The notes beneath the pieces are model-generated. The model worked only from the letters and a program-made list of their open reading frames with translations. It made no database searches and was not told where the DNA came from. From a plasmid, in sequence record NZ_CP067424.1: a DNA stretch of 64,000 bases; one strand, given 5' to 3'. This document shows positions 29,049 through 36,831 of the stretch, piece by piece. Each line of letters begins with the position of its first letter. The stretch's first letter is position 1. A program made the position numbers and the translations under genes.

Positions 29049-30000
29049 GCTGCAGGGGGAGAACCTGACCGCGAACCGGACCGAGGGCATGAGGCGCCTG
29101 CTGGACGACCTGGAGGACGCCTACGGCCCGATCATCCGGACGGCCAAGCAGACGCCGGGCTGCACCGACATCATGGTGAACGAGGACGGCGCGATCTGGC
29201 TGACAGTCGGCGGGCAGGACAGGCCGACCGGCGAGCACCTGACCGAACACGCCGCGCGCCGGATCGTCACCTTGGTCTCGGACATCGACAATCACCCGAT
29301 CGAGAAGGCGGCGCTGTCGGCCAACCTGCCGACCGGCGAGCGGTTCGCGGCCCTGCTGCCGCCCACGGTGCGCCGGATCACCTTCTCGATCCGCCTGCCG
29401 CCGGGGCGGATCTTCACGGTGGACGATTATGTCGCCGCCGGCGCCATGACGGAGGCGCATGCCGACGTGCTGCGCGCGGGCGTGGCCGACCGCAAGAACA
29501 TCCTGATCGTCGGCGGCACCGGAGCGGGCAAGACGACGCTGGGCAACGCCCTGCTGGCGGAGGCGCCGTTCCGGTCCAGCCGGGTCTTCATCATCCAGGA
29601 CCAGGACGAACTGCGGGTGAGTGGTCCCAACGTGGTCCGCGCCTTCACCGGCGCGATGAATGCCCGCGAGCTGGTCCGCGAGGCCTTGCGCCACAAGCCC
29701 GACCGCATCGTGATCGGCGAAATCCGGGACGGGGAGACGGCACTGGAATGGATTGGTGCCAGTAACACCGGCCACCCCGGCGGGCTTTCCACGGTCCACG
29801 CCAACTCGGCGGCGCATGGCCTGTCGCGCATCTCGCGACTGATCGGCCACGTAGCCGCCAACGTGCCGCACGGCGACATCATCGAGGCGGTCGACATGGT
29901 GGCGTTCATCCGGCGGGAGCGGGACGGATCACGGCGCCTGGCCGAGATCGTAAAGCCGACCGGGCATGACGGAGAGAGATACCGGACAGACACCGTCTAG
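29017..30000 (+). CDS. trbB: Conjugal transfer ATPase TrbB (VirB11 family)
   Basis: Walker A GGTGAGKTT. VirB11 motifs DRIVIGEIRD and His box GHPGGLSTVHAN. Start ambiguous (ATG at 29017, 29029 or 29080). Confidence 0.85.
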   Translation: MNARMPAMPLELQGENLTANRTEGMRRLLDDLEDAYGPIIRTAKQTPGCTDIMVNEDGAIWLTVGGQDRPTGEHLTEHAARRIVTLVSDIDNHPIEKAALSANLPTGERFAALLPPTVRRITFSIRLPPGRIFTVDDYVAAGAMTEAHADVLRAGVADRKNILIVGGTGAGKTTLGNALLAEAPFRSSRVFIIQDQDELRVSGPNVVRAFTGAMNARELVREALRHKPDRIVIGEIRDGETALEWIGASNTGHPGGLSTVHANSAAHGLSRISRLIGHVAANVPHGDIIEAVDMVAFIRRERDGSRRLAEIVKPTGHDGERYRTDTV

Positions 30001-30020
30001 GGAGGACACTATAAAACAGG

Positions 30021-30452
30021 TTATGGCCCCGTGGGAAGGCCCAGGCGCAGCAGCGACGCAACCAAGCCGCTTTCGCTGATATCCAGCGCAGCCTGGGACG
30101 GGGTGAGCCAACGCCGTTCACGCTCGTCCCGTTCCGGCCAGTCCTCCAGCTCCTGCGCGACCTCCAGAAGGTAGACGGTGACATGACACTCGACCGACTG
30201 CCTCGCCGTCAGGCGCTTGTCATAGCGGTAGGTGCAGTAAGGAGCAGCCGCGACCCTGCCCCGGACCCCGGCTTCCTCAAACGCCTCCCGGGCGGCCATG
30301 TCATGCGGCTCTGTGCCCTTCTCGGCCCATCCCTTGGGAATGATCCAGCGCCGCGTCTCGCGCGACGTGATCAGGAGCACTTCGAGCCGGTCCCGGACAG
30401 AGCGGTATGGCAGGGCGGCGAACTGGGATCGGGGTTTACGCTGCTTGCTCAT
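30021..30452 (-). CDS. NUDIX hydrolase, antisense, inserted between trbB and trbC
   Basis: Nudix box GWAEKGTEPHDMAAREAFEEAGVRG (GX5EX7REUXEEXGU). 143 aa. Convergent with trbB. Confidence 0.8.
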   Translation of the reverse strand: MSKQRKPRSQFAALPYRSVRDRLEVLLITSRETRRWIIPKGWAEKGTEPHDMAAREAFEEAGVRGRVAAAPYCTYRYDKRLTARQSVECHVTVYLLEVAQELEDWPERDERERRWLTPSQAALDISESGLVASLLRLGLPTGP

Positions 30453-30676
30453 GTCTCGCTCACGGCCGGCGTAGCCACGGCGGAAAGTTCCGTACCGGCA
30501 GAGGCTTTCTGTTTCTGGCAGATTTATCGATTACAACAGGTTACGCGGGGCGCACTCCCCATACCATCCCTTCCGCATTCGTCGTGCCTCATGGCATTTT
30601 TGGCTGAGTTGTTCGCTATCGTACCGACACTCACAGCATAACCGTCCTTCTATCTTGCAACCAGCAGGAAGGAGGC

Positions 30677-30846
30677 AATGATGAACCGCAAAATAGCCAC
30701 TGATAACAAGAATTACGAGAGTAAAAACCTTTTAAGGTCGTTGGAATTTGCTCAATATTTCATTGAGAACTCCCGATGTGCAGATGATGAGGCGGAAGAA
30801 CTTAGGGCTAAGCTAGAATTAAACGCTCAACATCTTCGACGCTAAT
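30677..30846 (+). CDS. Low-GC micro-ORF (56 aa), followed by a 29-aa ORF (30846-30935) with TAATG stop/start overlap
   Basis: RBS GGAAGGAGG 6 nt before the ATG. About 38% GC segment 30650-30845, against 67% backbone. Below the ORF-track cutoff, found by reading the sequence. Confidence 0.3.
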
Positions 30847-31110
30847 GACCACCTTTGACCGATCGGACCTGGAGAAAGCCTTTCGCGAGTGCTACGACAC
30901 CGTTCATCGGCATTTCGAACAATTACCCGAATAGTGAGCTGCGCATTAGTGGATGTCATTCAAGATTTTCCATCTCTGGTACGGCAGCGTACCATCAGAA
31001 AACGTTCCTTGTGCTCTCTTCCATCAGGACTGACTAGCTTCAGGAATTTTCCTCCCTGATCTGATGGCCATCCAAGCTCCCGCGGATGGCCACTTTTTCG
31101 TTGGAAGGCT

Positions 31111-31317
31111 ATGGCACAGGATCGCGTCTGTCTGCTTGATCACCTGGACGGCCTGATCTATCTGGCCGATCAGGCATGGCAGCTTCCACCGGGCAGAAGT
31201 TTGTATCTCGTGCATACCTTCCAGCACCTGGGGCAGGCATATCAGGATGCCGCCCTGGCGCAGCGGGAAGAGCGGCCCACACGGTTGCGTATCTCGTATA
31301 ATTACATTCTCAAGTAG
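31111..31317 (+). CDS. Small paralog P1 (68 aa) of a four-gene tandem family
   Basis: LLDHLDGLIYLADQAWQLPPGRSLYLVHTF… is homologous to P4 (LLDQVNGVISLADVAWRLPPGRSASLARKF…). Followed by a conserved intergenic motif TAGTATATTT…GTTCCGCGATCC. Confidence 0.4.
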   Translation: MAQDRVCLLDHLDGLIYLADQAWQLPPGRSLYLVHTFQHLGQAYQDAALAQREERPTRLRISYNYILK

Positions 31318-31356
31318 TATATTTTTCCATATTGTTTGTTCCGCGATCCTGCCGCC

Positions 31357-31612
31357 GGTGGCCTGTTGGGTCGGGACGGAACAGGACCATGACAGTGTGC
31401 ATGTCGGCCTGGACCGGTTGATTGAACTGGCGCGCCAGGCTTCGCCAGACAAGCGCATGCGGCTGATCCGGGCATTCCGGCAGGTCGCCGAGGTACTCCA
31501 GGAGGTCATTCGGGTTCGGGAAGAAATGCACGGCGCCGGGAATGAACCCAGCCGGCGGTACCCTGTTAGGGACCTATGGAAATCGATTACGCAGCCTCGC
31601 GCGCCCGCCTGA
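31357..31612 (+). CDS. Small paralog P2 (about 85 aa, GTG start)
   Basis: …VGLDRLIELARQASPDKRMRLIRAFRQVAEVLQEV… aligns with P1, P3 and P4 (LD.L..LA.QA..P…L…F…V.E pattern). Confidence 0.3.
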
Positions 31613-31851
31613 AACGGCTAACGGAACTGCTGGAAATAATCCGGGGAGCTCCGCACCAGGATCAGGCTCGGCTGTCACAGACCCTCATGCTGGTCTGCCA
31701 GGCGCTTCAGACTGTTGCCCGGGTACGTTTGCAGATCGGCGATCCCGGACAGGTGAGGCAGGCCGTCGAGCTTGAGGCGCTGTGCTGGAAGTTCGAGAGG
31801 ACGGCCCTGCGGTACGAAACGCGCTCGAAATTCAGAGGTGATCAACTGTAG
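31576..31851 (+). CDS. Small paralog P3 (91 aa), overlaps the P2 3' end in another frame
   Basis: MEIDYAASRARLKRLTELLEIIRGAPHQDQARLSQTLMLVCQALQTV… resembles P2. 37-nt overlap suggests translational coupling. Confidence 0.35.
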   Translation: MEIDYAASRARLKRLTELLEIIRGAPHQDQARLSQTLMLVCQALQTVARVRLQIGDPGQVRQAVELEALCWKFERTALRYETRSKFRGDQL

Positions 31852-31870
31852 CGATCTTCCCATAGCACTA

Positions 31871-32125
31871 GCCATGAGCAGGCTTGACCCGATCCACCGG
31901 TCGGTTGTTGCATGGGGCATGGAGCAGCATGATCCTACCCTGCTCGACCAGGTGAACGGGGTTATTTCCCTGGCGGACGTGGCGTGGCGCCTACCGCCGG
32001 GGCGTTCCGCTTCCCTGGCCCGGAAATTCCGGCTTATCGGCTTGGTCTTTGAAGCCTCTGCGGCTGTCCAGAAGCGCGATATGCTTAGAGAGCTGCAAAT
32101 CACATACGACGACATCCGTCAGTAG
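31871..32125 (+). CDS. Small paralog P4 (84 aa)
   Basis: Homologous to P1. The same conserved 3' flank (TAGCATATTTACTATATCGTTGGTTCCGCGATCCGGCCG) follows it. Confidence 0.4.
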   Translation, partial: AMSRLDPIHRSVVAWGMEQHDPTLLDQVNGVISLADVAWRLPPGRSASLARKFRLIGLVFEASAAVQKRDMLRELQITYDDIRQ

Positions 32126-32331
32126 CATATTTACTATATCGTTGGTTCCGCGATCCGGCCGTCGCCGGATCAGCGTGTATTTCCAGCGGGCTCGCGCCTC
32201 GCGCGAGGTTGTAGGCGTCGCTGAAGGCCGGTTCCGGCCCTCTTGACACAAATTCTGGTGCTGCCAGCGGTTGGAAGGCAGGGATGCAGACTGGCTTAGC
32301 GATGATCCTGTCCGTTCGATGGATGGTCGCT

Positions 32332-33645
32332 CTAACAGGCTGCGGAAAAAGGGCTGTGCACGGGCGGGCGGTCGTGATTCTCTTCGGTGGTGTAGACTGC
32401 GGCCGGCGAGGGGACGATGCGGGGATTGGACGAACGCAGCGAGGGTCTGTTCAGCTACGTGAGCTGTGAAGCGCGGGTTCCGGCGAGCCATCCGTTGCGG
32501 CCGATCCGGGCCATCGTGGACGAGGCGCTGGAGGTGATGTCGCCGGCCTTCGAGGGGCTGTACTCCAGGATTGGGCGACCATCGATCCCGCCGGAGAAGC
32601 TGCTGCGGGCGCTGCTGCTGCAGGCCTTCTACTCGGTGCGCTCGGAGCGTCAGCTGATGGAACAGCTCGATTACAACCTGCTGTTCCGCTGGTTCGTCGG
32701 CCTGTCGATGGACGCGCCGGTGTGGGACGTGACGGTGTTCACCAAGAACCGTGAACGGCTGCTGGCCGGCGATGTGGCGGCCAAGTTCCTGGCTAGCGTG
32801 CTGGATCAGCCGCGGGTCAAAACGCTGCTGTCGGACGAGCATTTCTCGGTGGACGGCACGCTGATTGAAGCGTGGGCCGCGGTGAAGAGCTTCCGGCCCA
32901 AGGACGGCAGCGGCGAGCCGCCGGGGCCGGGACGCAACGGCGAACGCGACTTCCATGGCGAGAAGCGCTCCAACGAGACCCACGCCTCGACTACCGATCC
33001 CGAGGCGCGGCTGTACCGCAAGGGCAACGGGCAGCCGGCGAAGCTGGCCTTCATGGGTCATGCGCTGATGGAGAACCGCCACGCCCTGGTGGTGGATGTC
33101 CGGCTGACGGCGGCCACCGGCTTGGCCGAGCGCGAGGCGGCGGTGGCCATGGTCGAGGCCATTCCGGGCCGCCACCGCATCACGGTCGGGGCCGACAAGG
33201 CCTACGACACCAGGGATTTCGTGGCGAACATGCGCGAGTTGGGCGCGGCCCCGCACGTCGCCCAGAACACGAACAACCGCCGCTCGGCGATCGACGGCCG
33301 GACCACCCGCCACCCCGGCTACGCCGTCAGCCAGCGGATCCGCAAGCGGATCGAAGAGGTGTTCGGCTGGATCAAGGGAGCCGGCTTGCGCAAAACGCGT
33401 CATCGCGGCACGGCCCGTGTCGGTTGGATGTTCACGCTGACCGCCGCGGCCTACAACCTGATCCGCCTGCCCAAGCTGCTGGCTGCGGCATAATCACGTC
33501 CGGAGCCCGCCTCAACGGCGGCTCCGCGAGCCCTGGATCGAGGCAAACCGCTCCATCTCGACCAAAACGGGCGTCCAAAGCGCCCTCTTCAAGCCTCGGC
33601 GGAGGCAACGGCGCTGCGAAGGCCCATTTTTCCGCGTCCTGCTAA
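32332..33645. mobile_element. IS5-family insertion sequence with 4-bp TSD CTAA (32332-35 and 33642-45)
   Basis: Imperfect terminal IRs CAGGCTGCGGAAAAAGGGCTGTGC (32336-) and CAGGACGCGGAAAAATGGGCCTTCGC (inverted, ending 33641). CTAA direct repeats match the IS5 target preference. Confidence 0.75.
32417..33493 (+). CDS. IS5-family DDE transposase
   Basis: 358 aa with the N-terminal …HPLRPIRAIVDEALEVMSPAFEGLYSRIGRPSIPPEKLLRALLLQ and C-terminal …RIEEVFGWIK… blocks typical of IS5/IS1031-group transposases. Confidence 0.85.
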   Translation: MRGLDERSEGLFSYVSCEARVPASHPLRPIRAIVDEALEVMSPAFEGLYSRIGRPSIPPEKLLRALLLQAFYSVRSERQLMEQLDYNLLFRWFVGLSMDAPVWDVTVFTKNRERLLAGDVAAKFLASVLDQPRVKTLLSDEHFSVDGTLIEAWAAVKSFRPKDGSGEPPGPGRNGERDFHGEKRSNETHASTTDPEARLYRKGNGQPAKLAFMGHALMENRHALVVDVRLTAATGLAEREAAVAMVEAIPGRHRITVGADKAYDTRDFVANMRELGAAPHVAQNTNNRRSAIDGRTTRHPGYAVSQRIRKRIEEVFGWIKGAGLRKTRHRGTARVGWMFTLTAAAYNLIRLPKLLAAA

Positions 33646-33677
33646 AGGCATTGCCTGACGGGGTCTTTGGTGTACTA

Positions 33678-33700
33678 TTGACTACGAATTATTTGTAGTA
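33678..33700 (+). promoter_or_regulatory. Putative trb promoter/operator: TTGACTAC-N9-GTAGTA (palindromic, overlapping a -35-like TTGACT)
   Basis: TACTATTGACTACGAATTATTTGTAGTATTAC 27 nt upstream of trbC. A near-identical element is at 40843-40865 upstream of trbG. Confidence 0.45.
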
Positions 33701-33726
33701 TTACGCAGCCTTGAGGGAGTCATCCT

Positions 33727-34044
33727 ATGCGCAAGACCTTGGGCGATGCAGCATCTTTCGCGCTGGCCACGCTGATCGTCACCGCGGCCGACCCGGCGCT
33801 GGCGCAGTTCAACGGCGGCGGTGACGTGCCGTTCCAGCAGGGTATGAGCACGGTGCTGAACTGGGCCTTCGTCGCCGGCATCGCGGTGGCGCTGTTCTCG
33901 TTCATCCTGGCCTGCGTCTTCCTGTTCATGCGGAACCTGATCGGTTTCGCCGGCGGTGTCCTGGGCGTCCTGATCGGCGGTGCGCTGATGGCGAATGCCC
34001 CGACCATCGTCCAGGGGCTGACCAACCTGTCGAGCCCGTTCTGA
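33727..34044 (+). CDS. trbC: T4SS pilin TrbC (VirB2 family)
   Basis: 105 aa. Long signal peptide, then two hydrophobic helices (…WAFVAGIAVALFSFILACVFLF…GGVLGVLIGGALMA…). Confidence 0.8.
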   Translation: MRKTLGDAASFALATLIVTAADPALAQFNGGGDVPFQQGMSTVLNWAFVAGIAVALFSFILACVFLFMRNLIGFAGGVLGVLIGGALMANAPTIVQGLTNLSSPF

Positions 34045-34319
34045 TGGAGGCCGGGCGGACTTACAAGAGCCTGGAGGTGCCGCCCAACTATTTCGGGTGC
34101 CACATCCACGTGGCGCTGATCGCCATCCTGATGCCGGTGGCGGCCCTGCTGGGCTTCCTGTTCCTGGACTGGCTGACGGCCCTGCTGCTGGTGCTGTCCG
34201 CCCTTGGCTCTTCCGCGACCGTGTTCTCGCTGGGTGCCTGGTTCGGACGCGAAGACCCTTACTGGGTCGAGGGCGGGCAGAGGCATCTCCTGGACGAGGA
34301 GCACTATCTCGATGTTTAG
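34044..34319 (+). CDS. trbD: TrbD (VirB3 family)
   Basis: 91 aa, TGATG overlap with trbC, single TM. Sits between pilin and the VirB4 ATPase, the canonical position. Confidence 0.75.
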   Translation: MEAGRTYKSLEVPPNYFGCHIHVALIAILMPVAALLGFLFLDWLTALLLVLSALGSSATVFSLGAWFGREDPYWVEGGQRHLLDEEHYLDV

Positions 34320-36822
34320 GATCGGAGCGAACCGGGGGGCGGCTGCCGTCCCCCTGACGGCCAAGCTGCCGTGGGCCTACTTCGCCGAGCAGGGCATCGT
34401 GTTCCTGAAGTTCGGCGGCTTCATGCGTACCCTGCGGTTCCGCGGCGGCGATGCCGACAGCATGAGCGAGACCGACCTGGTTGCCACGATGCGGCGACTG
34501 CACGATGCCCTGCGCCGGGTGCGTGGGCAGATGAGCCTGCACATCGAGGCGCAGCGCCGGCCGGCGTCGCCCTATCCCGGCGCCGACCTGGGCGACCGGG
34601 AGCGCCGCGCCCTGTGGCCGGACCCGATCTCCTTCCTGTTCGACGAGGAGCGCCGCACCGCCTACGACCGGACCGGTTCCCAGTTCGAGACCGACCGCTA
34701 CATCACCTTCGTCTGGCGTTGCTCGCGGGCATCGACCCGCCGGGCGCGGTCCTTCTTCATGAGCGGCAAGAAGAAGGCAGGCAAGGCCGGCAGCGCCGAA
34801 CTGCACGAATTCGTCCAGGCCAGCAATGCCGTGAAGGGCATGCTGGACGGCGTCATGAAGGAATGCGCCTGGCTCGACGACGACGACACCTTCGACTTCC
34901 TGCACAAGGCGGTTTCGGTCCATCAGCACCGGGTGAAGCCGTCCTACGGCAAGGCCCGGATCGACTACGACGTTGCCGACTGCCGGGTGGTCGGCGGTGC
35001 CGAGCCGATGCTCGGCCCGTGCCACATGCGGACGATCAGCGTCAAGAATTCGCCGGACACCATCCCCGCGGCGCTGGCCGCGCTGGACTCCCTGCGGTGC
35101 GAGTACCGCTACTCGATCCGGTGGATGGGCATGGAGCACGCCGAAGGCCTGCGTCGCATCGAGCAGCAGCTGCGGGACTGGAGGATGCTCGGCATCGCGA
35201 TGATCCCGATGCTGATCTCGTACATGCTTCGGTCGAACAAGCAGAAGGAGAACGAGGCGGCCAACGCCATGGCCGAGGATGCGCAGGAAGCCATCTACGC
35301 GGTGCGCCGGGATGACCTGACCATCGGCCACGCCACCATCAATGTCGTTGTCTGGGACCGTGACGAGGAACGGCTGGAGAGAAAGGTCGGGTGGGTCGAG
35401 GACACCCTGCGCCGTCAGCAGCTCACCGTCACCAGCTACACCGTGGCGCCCCTCGACACCTGGCTCGGCACCTTGCCCGGCCACATCTACGCCGACCTGC
35501 GCCGGCCGATCCGCACATCCGTCAACCTGGCGCACTTCGCACCCTATTCGTCGGTGTGGTCCGGCGAGGTGTGCAACGATCACCTGTCCAGGAAGCTGGG
35601 CCGGCCGATCCCGCCGCTGCTGATCGCCACGACGGACGGGTCGACCCCGTTCCGGCTGAACCTGCACCGCGGCGACCTGGGCCACACCCTGATCTTCGGC
35701 CCGTCCGGCAACGGCAAAACCACCCTGATGAACGCCATGATCACCGGGTGGCGGCGCATCCCCGGCTCCAAGGTCTGCATCTTCACGATCAAGGGCGGCG
35801 GCGAGGTCGTGACCCGGCTGCTGGGCGGCGTCTCCTACGATGTCGGCGCCGTGGGCCCGGGGGCGCTGGGCTTCCAGCCGCTGCGGTATGCCGACGAACC
35901 CAACGAGCGCATCGAGCTGCTGGAATGGGTGCTGGGCCTGATGCGCGCCCAGGGGATCGACACGAACAGCGCCGTGGTGAAGGAGGAGGCGACCGGTGCC
36001 CTGGACCTGATCGCCCGGAACCCGCCGGAACGACGCACCCTGACCCACTTGAGCGGCTACCTGACCACCGAGGTGCTGAAGCGGGCGGTCCGGCACTATG
36101 CCCTGGCCGGCGACACCTACGGCCGGCTGCTGGACGATGACCGGGACCGGATCGAGCTGTCGGACATCCTCAGCCTGGACATGACAAGCCTGCTGAAGAA
36201 GACCGACGTGGCCCCGCACGTCCTGGCGCACCTGTTCCGCTACGTCGAGCGTCGCGTCTTCACCGGGGACCCGGTGCTGCTGGTGGTCGACGAGGCGTGG
36301 CTGTTCCTGGGCGACAGCCGGTTCGCCGCGAAGTTCGATGAGTGGCTGCGGGCCGCCAGGTCGAAGAACGTGGTCGTGGTGTTCGCCACCCAGAACATGA
36401 AGGATGCCTTCGACAGCGTCATCGGCAAGGTGCTGGCCGATGCCGAGAACGTGCCCAACATCATCCTGCTGCCCAACCACCGCGCCGGCAGCGAGAAGGG
36501 CCGGAAGCCTTACGAGCAGCTGGGATTTCACGAACGCGACATCGAGATCGTGGCAACCGCCACGCCGAAGCGTGACTACTACTTCACGTGCCCTGACGGC
36601 GCCCGGCTGTTCGACCTGGGTCTCGGTCCGCTGGGCCGGGCGCTCTGCTCCTCTACCGACACGAAGGACGACCTCGGCTTGGCCCGGGGCATCCTGGCCG
36701 ACCATCCCGCTGAGGAATTCGCAGAGCACTTCCTCGACGCCAAGGGCGTGGGCTGGGCAGCTGAGTTCGTCCGGCATGAGGCAGGGCGTCGGCCAGTCGA
36801 AATCGCCGCGGCCGCTGAGTAG
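34312..36822 (+). CDS. trbE: Conjugal transfer ATPase TrbE (VirB4 family)
   Basis: About 835 aa. Walker A GPSGNGKTT. Walker B …VLLVVDEAW. ATGTTTAG overlap with trbD. Confidence 0.9.
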   Translation: MFRIGANRGAAAVPLTAKLPWAYFAEQGIVFLKFGGFMRTLRFRGGDADSMSETDLVATMRRLHDALRRVRGQMSLHIEAQRRPASPYPGADLGDRERRALWPDPISFLFDEERRTAYDRTGSQFETDRYITFVWRCSRASTRRARSFFMSGKKKAGKAGSAELHEFVQASNAVKGMLDGVMKECAWLDDDDTFDFLHKAVSVHQHRVKPSYGKARIDYDVADCRVVGGAEPMLGPCHMRTISVKNSPDTIPAALAALDSLRCEYRYSIRWMGMEHAEGLRRIEQQLRDWRMLGIAMIPMLISYMLRSNKQKENEAANAMAEDAQEAIYAVRRDDLTIGHATINVVVWDRDEERLERKVGWVEDTLRRQQLTVTSYTVAPLDTWLGTLPGHIYADLRRPIRTSVNLAHFAPYSSVWSGEVCNDHLSRKLGRPIPPLLIATTDGSTPFRLNLHRGDLGHTLIFGPSGNGKTTLMNAMITGWRRIPGSKVCIFTIKGGGEVVTRLLGGVSYDVGAVGPGALGFQPLRYADEPNERIELLEWVLGLMRAQGIDTNSAVVKEEATGALDLIARNPPERRTLTHLSGYLTTEVLKRAVRHYALAGDTYGRLLDDDRDRIELSDILSLDMTSLLKKTDVAPHVLAHLFRYVERRVFTGDPVLLVVDEAWLFLGDSRFAAKFDEWLRAARSKNVVVVFATQNMKDAFDSVIGKVLADAENVPNIILLPNHRAGSEKGRKPYEQLGFHERDIEIVATATPKRDYYFTCPDGARLFDLGLGPLGRALCSSTDTKDDLGLARGILADHPAEEFAEHFLDAKGVGWAAEFVRHEAGRRPVEIAAAAE

Positions 36823-36831
36823 GAGGAAACA

